NCBI GenBank assembly: GCA_039545335.1
Contig: BCIN01000003.1
Location: 930,001-994,000, forward strand
DNA: 64,000 nt
Direction: 5' to 3'
DNA from: Kondoa subrosea
Lineage: Eukaryota
Both the position numbers and the translations under genes were made by a program. Under the pieces are notes generated by a model. It was not told the DNA's origin, searched no databases, and saw nothing but the letters and a program-made list of their open reading frames with translations. Below are positions 50,260-64,000 of the stretch, one piece after another. How positions within the stretch are numbered: position 1 is the stretch's first letter; the number at the start of each line of letters is the position of its first letter.

Positions 50260-52288
50260 TCAAGGAACACCTTCGAATGGAGTAATTCCCCTGATAGCCA
50301 ACAAGATAGATCAGAGAAAGCAGATGATGACACGGAAGCAACCCACCCTGCTGTTAGTATCTCGCAACCCGTTTCTGTGATCAGCAGCAATTCTTCAAAC
50401 TGAGCCGAGCGTTTCCCATCAACCGTTGTAGCAGTCCAATTATCCGGCCTACATCAATCAAAGTCAGCAAAATCGTTGTAGAAGGACAGACGAGCTGACC
50501 AATGCATATCTTCTCCGCTTCCAAGACAGACCATACTGCACGTTATCAAGGTCAATCATGAAAGTCAAACGACCAGAGACTAACGGGACGTACGGCTCTA
50601 TTGTGAAAGTCATGCCAGGTTTCATAACATGTGGTGCTTTGTTATTCGCATAATGCTAACATGATGTTCAGCTTTGACATTTCCGCATATGTCCCTAGCT
50701 TACAGGCACAGTAGGAGCACAATGAAACAGTTCTCTCGTTCCATGTCCATTATATCTGCCTATTTGATCAGTCGTGCTCCGACAGATTGATCTTGTAACT
50801 TTACCGCTTATTAACTGAACACCCATTCTTTTTCGCGATGGGTTCAATAGCTTTCCCAATATTCCTAAACGGTACGCCAGGTTTGCATACTTTGATAGCA
50901 GCTTGCAGACATTCTCTTGTCGTCCGGATCAAGCGCTCGCTATCCGGGTCAATCTTGCCTATTGGGTAAGTAGCGTTCAGGTCAGAGTGATATCTGCTTG
51001 AACTTTCAGCATGAGACAGGTGTAGGGATGAAGAGCTTGCCCGCCGTGATAGAGCGAAATATCAAGGTTGACGATATCGCCTTCGTGTAGCGGTCGAAGA
51101 TCAGGAATACCTGTCAGCTCACACTCTCCACTAAGATCGCGAACGATTGCAGTAGATCAAGTGACTGACCGTGACATATCGTTTCGTTTACGGATCTGTA
51201 AATGCCTGGCTTTCTCAAAGTTTCCAAAGAACAACGGAAGTCGGACTTACGTGCAAAGAGATTTCGGGAAATTGCCCTGTGTAGCAAATCAGTTTAAAAT
51301 ATCCTAGCAAAATAGCGAGACTCGCATAATTCAGCGGACTAGGATAGCAATTCCTCGCTATCGAAGCTTCATGAACGATCGTATCGATTTCGTCCGTCGT
51401 GATCCCAGGCTTAAGCGCAGCCGCAGCAATCTCCAGTACTTCTCTTCCCAGCTGATTCTCATCTCAGCGAACATTAGAATGACATAGTGGAAGAGAAACA
51501 GACCTTGCATACTACTCGCATGCCTTCGATTTCTTTTTCGCTAAGACATTTGATACTCCTTTGCGCATAAGCAGACATTTCAGATTTCGAACTCCCTCGC
51601 TCTGGTGATCATTGATCAGCACAGATAAACTTCATGGAAGAAGAGAAACCGACTGTCATCTGCGTAATCTGGTCTCGCTATATGCGAAGGTACTTCTTTT
51701 AGCTGTATCTTATAATAAGTACAATTCTAAGCTAGCAGGCAGAGCAGACGTACAGACCAGGGTTGTCGTGGATAAAGAGCTTGCAATGATCCAGAATAAG
51801 AGAAACCTTCTGTCCGGATCCAAGGATCGATAGCTATTCATTTACAGACATATGAGTACTTCTCATGAAGAAGGTAGTAGTGTGAATTACTAGGTGAAGA
51901 AGGATCATCATCAGGTATGATCTTGGATTTGGCTTTATGCACCGCTTTGTGGGTGCTCTGGCGTTCAATTAGCGTGCGTTGTACATTACAGAACTTCCTG
52001 CTCACCCCTGTAAGAAGTCTATCGGCTACGAACCCAGAGAAGTAATGCGTCTATGGAAACTCACAATTCCGTTTCAGACACTCCTGCGAACAGAATGGAG
52101 CTCTAGCTAATCCTTGTTTCGCACAAGTAGGACAAATGAGTGACTGCGCTTGCTGGTCGCAGTCCCTTCCGCTACAAGGCACTCTGCAACCACCAATTTC
52201 AGAAATTTGTAAAAGAGTACAAGTGTGAAGAAGCGGACTCTATTGTTACTTGAGATGTGATCTTTGTCCGTGCCAGATCGGCAGACAT
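50260..52288 (-). CDS. MAP1: Methionine aminopeptidase 1 with N-terminal zinc finger
   Basis: CSGRDC...LICPTC...[66 protein letters not shown]. Confidence 0.93.
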
Positions 52289-52602
52289 TTCTGCTATAGC
52301 TGGAGTCTGCTGCATTGTGTAAGGGGTATAGCGTTTGGAAACAACAAGCGCATGAACGATTCTTCATGCACATTGAAATTATGCGAGCTAAGTCGCTGCA
52401 ATCCAACAGTATCTGAGCTGAAGTACTTCCAGCAGGATCAGCGAGACATAAGCCCCAAGAAACGCAGATTGTCAAGCACAGGGCAACAGGCTCTTAAGCG
52501 AAATGCATTACATCCACGCCTTCCATTCGTTGTAGCACGCTGTTTTAAATATGTACACACCACCCTTCTATCTTCATCAAAGCAACCGAGCTCGGTTATA
52601 GA

Positions 52603-53145
52603 TCATGATTCGTCTGCCAATTGTCGACTGTACCGCACATGGGCAAGGCATCAGCATAAACTAAAGCCCTACACATTGGACGTACATATATAGCACCTAA
52701 ATACATTACTAGATTAGAAAACATTGATTCGTAGACGGACAGTAGCCAGACTGACATTATTACACCTGTCATACAATACTACGTAAGCGAACATATCGCA
52801 GCAAAGCAGTATTCCAACTGACCTTATGAAGACTTCTCCCAGCGATCCAGCAGATTGATCATTTTGCCATTCTTCCGTATTTGCCAGCTATACCCCATTC
52901 ATATTCAATACTCTCAAGTTCCTACCAATTAGTCCAAAGACTGACCTGTAAGTTCATGTAACTATCCACAGAGACCAAGTAACCCTTGTATTGCATTCCC
53001 CATTTCAGCTTAACCCTAATCGCGAGTAAAAACTTCGAAATAAGTCTTCAAAGCCATGCGTTTGGAACAGGGGTTGGACTTGCATGCATGGATTACCAAC
53101 AAGACCTTGTAGGAACGGTCTAGGGTTCACAATTTTATCAGACAT
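52603..53145 (-). CDS. SMX3: Small nuclear ribonucleoprotein F (SmF); absent from the ORF track
   Basis: Spliced reading [80 protein letters not shown]; first intron is GC-AG (53083-53016). Confidence 0.93.
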
Positions 53146-53203
53146 GGCGTATATCGAACAAGAGTCAATTCAGTGGGTTTTCAGGCGTTGGCCAAACTTG
53201 AAA

Positions 53204-53981
53204 ATGTCGGACAATGAAGAAGCTACTACTGGAGCTGGAACTGTTCCTGGAGATGATGTAGATCTACCAAAAGCTACAATTGCCAAAGTGAGTTATTACA
53301 GAAGATGCAATGTTGTTCTCGCATGCTGATTGCGTGTGTTAGCTTATATCAGGTAGGCTGCTCTGTCTACAAGCTATATGTAGCTTCAAGAAGATACCTG
53401 AAACCTACAGAATATCTGCCTGATGGCCTAAGTTGTGCGAAAGACGCTCGTGATTTCGTAGGGGATGCATGCAAAGGTCAGCCTTTCTCGCTGTATACAT
53501 CTCCTATCTGTCTCATAATGTGCTTAGAATTCATCGTACTGCTATCTTCGGAAGCACAAGAGATTTGTGAGAAGAACCAGAAGAAGACTATGCTGCCTGA
53601 ACAGATTATAGAGGCGCTCAAGGTAGGATCTACTCATCTTCTAGTGAACTTGTTTCACTAGAATGTATGACTGGTCTTACAGTCACTCGGTTTCGAGAAG
53701 TATGTCGCGGAAGTAGAAGCAGCTACAGAAGAAACCAAGACGAAAGCAAAGGTTCGTGAAATGCTGCTGTTGATGCATGATCATCTACAGAGCTGACTTC
53801 TGCGAACAGACGGAGAAGGTCAAGAAGCAGAACAAGATGAAAGATTCTGGATTGACAGAGGAAGAATTAGCAGAACAGCAGGAGAAGATGTTTGCAGCGA
53901 GTAGAGCTAGGTTCGCTCTTCTTTATTTATCTATGTGTTAGTGCTAACGAACGACGCAGAATGGACATGGAGCAAACATAG
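53204..53981 (+). CDS. NCB2: Negative cofactor 2 beta (Dr1) histone-fold protein
   Basis: DDVDLPKATIAK, CAKDARD, EFIVLLSSEAQEICEKNQKKT..PEQIIEALKSLGF, SGLTEEEL.EQQEKMFAASR. Confidence 0.9.
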
Positions 53982-54037
53982 CGGTATCCAATTGGTTTTG
54001 TACTTTGTATTAATGCATGTGGTCTGTAAATGTTTTC

Positions 54038-55230
54038 TTATCTCTCCCTCAACTCTTTCAGCCTCTCCTCAGGCTGTTTGCCTTCTCCGTTCCATCTATT
54101 TGTACTCGGGTCGTACGAGCATATCCCATATTGCTCCAGCACGAGGGAAGCAGAGACACTTCCGTATAACATCCCTTCTCTTAGAGTGTCTTCGTGCAAT
54201 GATAGACCAGCTATCATTCCTCCCTACTAGACATATCAATAGTCTTCACCTCATCGAAATCGGACTCACTATGAAAGCATTTCCACACCCAGTAGGATCA
54301 ACCACTTTACTCTGATCAGTAGTAAAAGCTTCAACCCAATCCACCTTGTTCCCTTCTTTCTCAAGCGCACAACTTCCTAAACTTCCACTTCTAATCACAA
54401 CTCTTCTTGCACCCAAATCCACGAATTTCCTACACAACTCCTGGATTCCTTTCTTCTTCCCCTCTGACTCTAGATTGTATTCCGAGGAAAAGAATGCAGC
54501 AGCTTCTTCATGATTAGGTGAAAAGACGTGTACTCTATGAATCACTTTCGCCAAATTATTAAGCTCAGAAGGTAAACAGGAATCAGGTATCGGTTCATAA
54601 GCTATTTTCGGTTCCCATTTTAATTGATCTAATTCGCGTAAGATTTCTCCTAATCGGGTTGGAGTACAGACGCAATGTAGGTATTCTGATTGAAGAGAGG
54701 GGTGGAGATCTGATGGGTTTAATCGGATTTTAGGTGTGAGGTAGGAAAAAAGACGGGTTTCTCCATGATATGTGTTGATAGCCTGTCAAAACCTCAGTCT
54801 AGTCATCAGTTGAAACTGATGAAACAAGGTCAAGGGATTGACCTTTGTTGTTAATCGAGTGGAATCATCCCGATAACGGAATATAGAACCAAAAGAATTC
54901 AATTGCTTTTGAGCCCAAGAAGGCCAATCAGAACCACGATCTACAATCATTCCTACTTGATCTTCCTTTAACCTTTAGCTTGCAAAGTCAGTGCTTATGA
55001 AAGCTTTCAGAAGGTGTAACGACAAACGTACCACATGCGTGCCCCTAGTACTACATATACACCACCACCGCCTATGAAATGTATGAGAGAACGAAGAGAT
55101 AACAGAGGGGAGATAAGAGTTCACCAATCGCTTGATCAGGTACTGCGGTCGCGTTGAATGATGCATTGGTGACATCGAAAGTGTCGAGAATGAACATGCC
55201 CGTTGTTGTGCATACGATAGACGAAGACAT
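54038..55230 (-). CDS. MAK32: PfkB/ribokinase-like protein, MAK32 type
   Basis: TGMFILDTF, GGGG..VVLGAR, IVDRGSDWP, YEPIPDSC, VFSPNHEEA, VIRSGSLGS, VVDPTGCGNAF, SFVIEQ-like AGLSIARR region. Confidence 0.8.
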
Positions 55231-55458
55231 GAGGAGTGCAGTAGAGATTGGTTATATGAGGTAAGCAGGATCAACACAAACGCGTGCACGACAGAGTGAA
55301 GCAAGCCTCGAGAGCAGGCAGGAAGGAAGAGCGAATGATAACAGATCCACAGCAGTCACTGGAGATCGTCTGAGCACTTACAGAAGGTGCATGATTGTTT
55401 CTTGCAAACAAACATAATTGCGCTGGTTGCTTCTTGTCGGCGACTCAGACAGCGGACA

Positions 55459-58400
55459 ATGGCTGATCCAGATGAGACTAGACCTACTCAATCTCAAGGT
55501 CAACTGCCACCATGGACCCAAATCGAGGACAATGCTATAGATCCAGAGAACTGCATCAAGGTGAGATGAACTTGCATGAAAGTGTGCGCGTGTGAGACTT
55601 AGGCTGACAACTGCTCAAGATTCTGTTGGCTACTGATAACCATATTGGTTACAACGAACGAGATCCTATTCGCGGACAAGATTCCATCAACAGCTTCAAG
55701 GAAATTTTGGAACTTGCTGTAGAGAATGATGTGTGGTCCAGCTGTTACGAGGAAAGTCCTGTGCTAAGAACAAGGAATAGGTCGACATGCTCTTACTGGC
55801 TGGCGATCTGTTTCACGAGAACAAACCATCAAGAGGTTCACTGTATCAGACGATCTCTCTCCTACGCGAGCATACGCTGGGCAGAAGACCTATCAGTTTA
55901 CAATTGATCAGCGATGCTGGTGTTGGCTTGGGTCATCAATACAGGTAAGATCTTCTTCACTTTTGTCATTGCATGCAGAACGGAATCTTTGGACCGCAGC
56001 TTCCCTCAGATTAATTACGAAGATGAGAACTTCAACGTCGGTTTACCTGTCTTTTCTATTCACGGCAATCACGACGATCCTCAAGGAGCTGGACCTGTTT
56101 GTTCCTTTTACCATCAGGTAGAAGCAATGTCTGACCGCAGTATAGGATGGAGCTCTTTGCGCTTTGGATATCTTGTCTGCTTCTGGTTTGATCAATTATT
56201 TTGGTAGACAAGAATTACCTGGTCAAGCTGAAGATGACGATGAAGCTCGAGATGCTGGTATTCAAGTCAAACCCGTTTTGCTACAAAAGTCCGTCACATT
56301 GCCATTGCGCTCCTTACGAGCTTAGTTTTAATGTGAGTGCACAGAGGCCGAACCAAGTTGGCCATGTATGGAATCGGTAATGTTCGAGATGAACGTTTTC
56401 ATGCCGAAATGCGCAAACAGAGAATCTCAATGTTTCGACCTGCTGACGATCCGGAATCTTGGTTCAACTTGTTACTCATTCATCAAAATCGGGTAGCCCA
56501 TGGACCTAAAAGCTCAGTCCCGGAAAATGGGTTTGGGGATGAAGTGCATTTAGTCGTTTGGGGTCATGAACATGATTGTCGGATTACTCCTGAAGATGTT
56601 ACGGGCAAGAATTACAAGATTTGTCAACCTGGTAGTTCTGTAGCTACTTCTTTGGCTGCTGGTGAATCTTTGACAAAGTAGGTTTTTGGGTCGTGCAAAG
56701 TGTCAAATCGTTTGACTTGCGTTTGATCTCGGACCTACAGACATGTTGCTATTCTCAAGATCCAAGATCGGCAGTACAACGTCGAACCTATTCAATTACG
56801 AACCGTCAGACCTTTTATTTTCGATGATGTGATTCTAGCTGAAGCAAGAGAAGATGGTGTCAAGTTGGATACCAAAGTTCAGATCACCAAATACTTGAAA
56901 GAACAAGTTGAGCAATTGATCGAAAGAGCTAACCAGTTATGGGATGAGAATCATGGACCCGAGGAAGAAAGGATGTTGCCTTTGATCCGATTGAGAGTCA
57001 GTGCACGTCCTTCCTTAAGCCAATTTTCATGCTTAATCTGGGACGCTTGCATTACAGGTCGATTTCAGTCCCTCCGGTCCTGATGAGCAATTCGATGTTG
57101 GTAACCCTCAGCGATTTGGCGGTCAATTCGCAGATCGAGTCGCGAATCCAAAAGATGTTGTTCAATTTCACAAGAAGAAAGTCATCAATCGTAGGTCTAC
57201 ATCATCAAATCAGCCTCAGTAATTTGGATGATTGTGGGTCTTACAGGCAAGAAGAAAGTCAATATGGATCAACCTGAACCTATGGAAGAAGATGATGCGA
57301 TTGCGGACGAATCGACCGGTAGAATCGCTCGAGTTAGGGTAGAACAACTGGTCCAGCAATACCTTGAAGCTCAACAATTGCAAGTCATTCCTGAAAATGG
57401 GATCATGGCTGCTGTGGAAGAATTCGTCGACAAAGATGACAAGGATGCAATTAAAGAGTGAGTCTTTTACTGATTTGAAGAGATCGGGCATACTCATGGA
57501 GTTGTATAGCTATGTGAGGGAATCTTTGAGCGAAAGACATGTTGCTATTCTCAGTAAGGCTACCGATGTGAATATGGATTCCGACGAAGAGCTAGACAAC
57601 CAGGTATATTACAGATTTCGTGCTGTTATGACAGAAGCTGAAACTTTATGTAGGTCACAGAAGCCAAGAACGAGGCTTTCGAAGCATTCGAAAAAGACGG
57701 AACACTTCGAGTACGTTTCTGCTGGTCGTAGCTATACTTATGCTGAGAAAATCGAGCAGAAAGGCAAGGGCAAAGCTAAAGCGAAGGGTAAAGGCAAAGC
57801 GAAAGCCGTCAGCGAGGACGAATCCGATTTCGACAAGATGTCCGATACACCGAAAGGAAAGAAGAAAGCCGTAGCTACGACCAAGAAAGCTCCTGCCAAA
57901 AAGAAGAAGGAAGAATTGGTGAGTAGTCTGATCGCCGTAAGATAGACTATTGGTTGACATGACATTTAGTTTTTGGAAGAATCGGAAGAGGAAGAAGAGG
58001 AAGAGGCTCCCAAAGCTAAGAAGAAGGCTGCGTAAGTGAGAGCTCTCATTCCTTGATCAGACCTCAACAAGTTTCACAGGCCCAAGAAAGCTGTTGCTAC
58101 AAAAGCACCAGCCTCAAAGAAAGCGCCAGCTAAATCAAAGCAGTATGTTATATTCCCTCGCAGCGTTGATCATGCCTGATAGAGTACATCAGGGGAACTA
58201 TTGATTTTGCGCCATCGCGGGGTACTCGCGCTGCGTAAGTCGTACTATACCTCATACCGGTATCCAAGCTTATCATCAATTACTCCTGATCTCAGTGCAA
58301 CGAAAGCTAGCAAGAAGATGGCCGTCGAGATCAGCGATAACTCTGATGAGGACATGTCTGTAGGTTCATGGGGTGCCTTGCCGAGGTTACTGTTACTGAA

Positions 58401-58472
58401 TCACGCGTCCAGGATGGCAACAAACAAGGTTCTAGCAGCGAAGAAGCACCAGCAGCGAAGAAGAAGCGTTGA
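55459..58472 (+). CDS. MRE11: Double-strand break repair nuclease Mre11
   Basis: [70 protein letters not shown]; Lys-rich C-tail. Confidence 0.96.
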
Positions 58473-58657
58473 AATTCAGTGGAGCATTGTAGAACTTTAA
58501 ACAATACCAGGCACCAATATTCGGATGGAGCGGCATTAATGCATTAATCACAAACAGCGAATGCTGTTCCAGATAATACCATAGGCTGGCTTGCGCACCA
58601 TTGGAATATATCTTGAGGTTGATTCCATTGTAGCCTGTCCGAGGCAGAATCATCAAC

Positions 58658-61600
58658 ATGGACATGTCCATTTCCCCAGCGGCAAGTCCTCACCTCGAAG
58701 AGGACTCGGGTGCTAGCAGGATTGCATCCCAAGAAGCTGCCAAGACTCAAAGCAAGCAACGCAGTCTCCAGGCTCTGACAGAAACTTCGTGCAAGACTTT
58801 CTTTGAAGCGTTCGCTTTCCCCGTTGCTGTTTTCCAGAAGGAGCCCATCGTCGATGCTCTGGTCCGGCGAATCACTGTCGCTCGTGAACGCAATCCTGAA
58901 GATGATCTTGCCAATTCATTGAACTTCGACAATACCGCGGCTTCTTCGCTGGACGAGGGCAGAGCAAGGCAGCGAGCTTTCAAGCGATCGCGTACCACAT
59001 CGAACAGATCTGAAAAGTCCGATTCAACCGAATCTGCAGCTACACAAAAAGGCCCAGCAGATCTAACAGAAGATGACAACGCAATACTGATGCAAGCCTT
59101 CGAAGGCTCTATCGCTCGCCAGGAAGGACCTCCTACTTCTTACCCGATCGTGAGCGGCAGGAATGCAGATGCAGGGCATGGTACAAGTCTGAGGGATCTA
59201 TTGTTGCCCGTTTGGTCCAACTCTGCAATGCAAAGAACCTCAAGGGAACTGCTTTCAACAGCAAGCGCTAGCTTCTTGGATTTCTTGAGTGCCGAGAATG
59301 GTCGAGCACTAGCATCTCACTTGCAATCTGTTCTGCGCCAGGAGAATCAAGCCAGCGTCCTGAATCTTGTCATGTCTAAATCATCTCCAGTAGACCTAGC
59401 CATCACAACTCTTGAAACTTCTTCTGGACCTCTTCTGGTATTCACATTAAACCGTTCCCCTCTCACTCAACCTAAAACACCAGTCATGGCTCCCAAATTT
59501 CAGATCAGTTTGCCGCCTCATCCAACACAACATGAACTATTCGAAAGCCCTGTTGTGGTCACACCTGAAGCGGAACAAGTCGCTGGATTCATTGTCGAGA
59601 GCACGGACACCGATGGCCGGCGCAGGAGAAAGCGAAGGATGACAGAAGAGATGGATACGCAGGCTACGCGTCTCGATTCATCCAGACCAGTTCAGCTAGA
59701 ATCAGACAGCTCTACCACTACTGATCAACAGTCTGCGGGCATTCTGCCTGCCCTCGTCCTTGACGAATCAGACCCCTTCAACCAGATCTTAGCGCGCACC
59801 GAAACAGGTCGTTTGATCTTGTCAAGGGATTGGTCTGCATCAGCACTGGGACCCATTGAGACATGGTCGCCTGAGGTTAAGACCGTGATCAGTCTTGCTA
59901 TGGCTTCACCGAATAGGTATGTTGCTTTTCTACAGCCTATGAAAATACAGCTAATTGTTGCCGCAGATGGGCTGTATGGATCGGGTCCGACATGTGCATA
60001 CTTTATAACGACGCATATATACCAACTGCTGGTATCAAGCATCCACAGATGCTGGGAATGGCTGGAGCAGTAGCGTGGTCTGAATTATGGGATGAAATCG
60101 GGCCGTTTGCTTTGGAGATCCAAAAGGGCGCCACCTTCTCGCGTTTTGACAATCTGCTCTGGATGGAACGCGGAGCAACCCAAAAAGTTGAAGAAGTATA
60201 CTACTCTTGGGTCTGGTCACCTGTTTTCAACAGCTCCGGCCAGTTTGTTTGCGCATCGAATCAGTCTTTCGAAACAACAAGTCGAATCATCGCAGAAAGG
60301 TACAATCTATGTACGTTCATAGCATGCATTTCGCTCACGAGTGCTACAGGCGGCTCGGCACACTGCGGCAGCTTGCACAGACAACTTCTACAGCCAGAAC
60401 GATGGACAGCTACTACTCTTCAATGCTTGCAAGCCTGTCCAGTAATCCGTATGATGTACGCTACGCGAGTTTCATGCCGGACTGCATCGCTGATCGTGCT
60501 TGTAGCTACCCTTTGTCATCTTTTATAGCTGTAAGACGGGTCAATCCAGTAAAGTCCCCCTCTCTTCGGTGCCGACATTTGTTCCTCCTGGTAATTCCCG
60601 CAAGATGCACCTCAAGCTCGAAGGCAGTCTCGGGGTTCCTGAAGACCATCCCTCTGTTCCCACAGCAATATCTATCAAACTTGACATGAGTACCAGTGGA
60701 TTGGAAGAGTCTATGTCTTCCTCGGCGTCATCCAGTACTGCTACGGGCACGCAGTATACAACGGAAGATGGACTAGCCTGGCCTTTTGCGGAGGCCCTCA
60801 GCGGTCGGCGTCCAGTCTATATGCCCGATTTAGGCGATAGGATTCAAGGTTTCGAGATTCGCGGTTGGAATGAGGCCGGTAAGCGACAGCTAGCCAATCT
60901 GGTTATTATGCTCTTAAATCATTTCGTAATTTTCAGCAAAAAGTGCAGTATGCATCCCCATCTTTAGTGAAACCGCTTCAGAAGCGCAAGGAGTACTTAT
61001 TTGCGGCCTCAATCCTCGAAGACCATGGGTCAGTGCGTTTCTGTCATTGCGATCATGAATTGACAAGACTCCTTTCCCGCAACAGAATGTGAGCCAGAGA
61101 TTCCCTTGCTTGTATTTCGCTAATGGCTTGATGCCTATTCTAGGAGCAATTTGCAGTATTCCTGCAGCTGCTATCGCGACAGATCGTAACAGGTCTAGTA
61201 TCTGTGCAGAGCTACGAAGAAGCAACAATGCGAGCGCAAGAGCTTGCGAAGCTGGATGCAGCGAAGAGTAGCTTCTTCCAGGTATGTAACAAACACAGGT
61301 CAAGACTGTGTCTCAGACAGCTTGCAGAATATTTCCCACGAATTGAGAACACCTACCACACGTTCGTTCTGCAATCTCACTGTCCAACGTGCTGAAACTT
61401 CGATATAGTGATATTGGGCCCATTGGAAGATCTGCTGAATGACAAAGAATACAACTTAGAGAAGCCAGTGAAGGATACTCTGAAGATCTGCTCTCGTAAT
61501 GCACAGCGCCTTCTGAACCTGGTCAATAGTCTGCTGGATTTTTCTTCGCTCGAAGCCGGCAGAATGCAGGCGACCTGGAGAGCAGTCAACTTTCCACAGT

Positions 61601-64000
61601 ATATTGCAGACCTATCTTCACTGTTCAGAAGTGCAATTGAGCGCGGAGGCATACAACTTATAGTTGATTGTCCTGCTGACTTTCGGCTATGTTATGTAGA
61701 CCCAAATTTGATGGAAAAGGTCGTGTTCAACAGTCAGTGTGCTTCTCATCCAATGACGCTTTTCGCTGATAAGTCTCAGTCCTTGGTAATGCTTTCAAAT
61801 ATACATTGAGCGGAAGTATAACTGTGTGTCAGCAATCAGCAATCCTGCGTTGACTAAATTTTGGCTCTCTTTGGCTACAGGTGTCAGCAAGAGTATCGAA
61901 CGATACGGCGATATTTAGCGTGCGGGACACGGGAAGTGGCATTCCGCCATCTGAACTCGAGCAGATCTTTGAGAGATTCCAGTAAGCCCTACCTCAAGTG
62001 TCATGCAGCGCTCTGCTCTGACTCTAGCGATAGTCGCATCAGCACTGAAGGAAGATCGCAAGAAGGATCCGGCATAGGTCCATCTCATTGCTCATCGCCT
62101 GTGTCTGTTCCAAAAGCTGATCGGTTTTCGCAGGGCTGGCACTGACATGCAAGTTACACTCGGCTGCAATGACATTGAACTCGGGCTTAATCTTTCTGTG
62201 TCTAGTGGAAATCGTCAAAATATTACACGGAACTATCAACGTGCAGAGCAAAGTCGGCGAAGGCAGTATCTTTTCAGTCGAACTGCCGATGGGAACTGGT
62301 CACTTGAATCCAGATCGAGTCATCCAGGTGGAAACGTGCGTCGTGTCTCGATTCAACACACTTCTATGCTGAGCAAGTTTTTAGGCTGGAAATCGATCCC
62401 GAGCCGAATCGATTGCGCTTCGCAATGGGAATCGTCCAAGAAGCAGCACAGTGGACCCTAGGCCAAACGGATAATCCGATGATCTCTCCTCTGCCGAGCG
62501 AGTCTTCGGGAAATTCGTCTGGTAGCGACCCCTTTTTAGACAGTCGCTCTCTTCCGGGCAATCTATCAACAAAAGATGCAGTCATTTTGATTGCGTAAGT
62601 TAGCCTGGGGTCAATATGCTACAGTAACAGATGCTGATTTGATGCGCAGGGACGACAACGCTGATGTCAGTTGTCAACTACAATGGTTTTGAGAATTACT
62701 GATATGGCCAAAGATGCGCGCATATTGCAAGAATGTCCTCAAGCAGTACACCTGCATCGAGTGTTGCGATGGACAGCAAGCCTGGGATATCCTACAGCAG
62801 CGTTCAGACAGTTTTCAAGTTGATCTGGTGCTTTCGGATGTAATGATGCCTAAGTAGGTGGTCAATACTTCTGAAGTGTCTCGCTCATGTTCAGGTAGGG
62901 TTGATGGCTTCCAGCTGCTACGGTTGATACGAGAAGATCCGAGCACCGCTTTGACGCCCTTCATTCTGCTCAGTGCCAAAGCAGGAGAAGAGGCCAAAGC
63001 AGAAGGATTGTTTGCTGGAGCAGACGACTATCTGAACAAGCCCTTCGCAAGTAAAGAATTATTAGCGGTAAGACCGGTTCCAAACCCGCTCGAATTCGCT
63101 TAGTATGAGCAACAGAGAGTTCACGTGCATCTGCAGCTTGGAAAGATGCGGTTGGAGTTGGAGAAAAGAGTTGAAGACCGCACACGTGCTCTTGTTGACA
63201 GTGAACTTCGGAGTAAAGATCTAGTACGCATGCTCTGATCTACGACATAAAGATGTTTCTTGATTTTCACGCTAGGCGGATCATTTCAGCCTTGTCTTGA
63301 ATACAGTGAGAAATCTTTCTCCGCCGTGCTGAGATCCACTAATGTCCAATAGAATCCGGCTGGAATCTTTGCTGCATCTTCCGACGGGGTCCTCACATAC
63401 ACAGTGCGTGTAGCTTTGGTTTAAGCTGAAAAGCGACTGATCCTACAATCATGTTCACTGCACAGAACAAAGCATGGTGAGCAATTTCCGATACTTTTAG
63501 GCACTGCCTGACTTCGTATACAGGCGGGACATCAGCGGCTATTCTGAGCGATCCATCAACATTGAAGAATGGCAAAAAGCTGTACATCCCGAGGATTTGG
63601 AATCTCTGCAAGAACAGTGGAGTACGTTTGGTCACATTCAAGCCGGCACTTCCTGATTTGCAATCCAGATGGCGTGATAGAAGACGGAAAAGATATCAAT
63701 CTCTTCGAATTCCGATGGCTTCGTAGGCACCATATATAGCCACTGTCGTATACTTTCTAACGTGCATTCTGACTTCAGATCCGGATGGCAAAGTCGGTAA
63801 GTGCAAGCCGTTGGTGTCGCTGCCTTTGCTGAGGTTGGCTAGTATGGTCTCACGTAAACACTACATGCCTCAAGGGATCAGATACTGCAGCAATTATTGG
63901 GTCGATTGTGGACACAACACAGATCAAAGAGCTGGAACAGCTTCACATCACTGCTGTTGAGCAGCGAGCTGCTGACGCTGACAAGGTCGGATCATTCATC
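58658..64000 (+). CDS. Hybrid histidine kinase (PAS-like, HisKA, HATPase, receiver, further PAS), probably dual-HK type; runs off the window
   Basis: DWSASALGPIETW, LYNDAY..KHP, EEVYYSW, H-box NISHELRTP, LLDFSSLEAG, EKVVFN-LLGNAFKY, RDTGSGI, GSGIGL, receiver DDNAD / DLVLSDVMMP / LSAKAGEE..GADDYLNKPF; PAS-like WQKAVHPED after the receiver. Confidence 0.9.

Noticed and set aside
49976..50341. 121-aa ORF containing SLSLSL/IYIYIY
   Set aside because: It is a translation of the microsatellite and the MAP1 3' end.
1..64000. CRISPR arrays, prokaryotic operons, rRNA/tRNA genes and the many antisense or overlapping ORFs in the track
   Set aside because: The sequence is spliced eukaryotic DNA with no repeat-spacer periodicity or RNA-gene signature seen. 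The extra ORFs are shadows of real exons.

Overview
Gene-dense, intron-rich eukaryotic DNA with short GT-AG introns (about 45-70 nt), CTRAY branch sites, microexons and occasional GC-AG introns. It is fungal and most likely a basidiomycete of the Pucciniomycotina type, judged from the AT+ER-only FAS beta chain and a probable dual-type hybrid histidine kinase. About 27 protein-coding genes can be reconstructed, mostly housekeeping: ABHD12-like and EHT1-like hydrolases, arginase, TFIP11/Spp382, STRAP, YTP1, FYV7-like, TMEM184, Ubx2, carnitine acetyltransferase, FAHD1, SAPS, a PA-domain protein, a P450, FAS1, PrpD, GFA, MAP1, SmF, NC2beta, MAK32, MRE11 and the kinase. The standout feature is a ~4.3-4.5 kb cassette present twice as a diverged inverted repeat (about 11900-16242 and 45308-49795), bracketing ~29 kb of single-copy genes. 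Each copy has an intact orphan gene (TM helix, acidic linker, long coiled coil, HPD J-domain-like region), a decayed intron-bearing relic, and an intact LaeA-like SAM methyltransferase. The methyltransferase SAM-binding half is ~92% identical between copies, while its C-terminal half is only ~64% identical. All gene models and percentages were read by eye, so exon boundaries are approximate, and no database searches were run.
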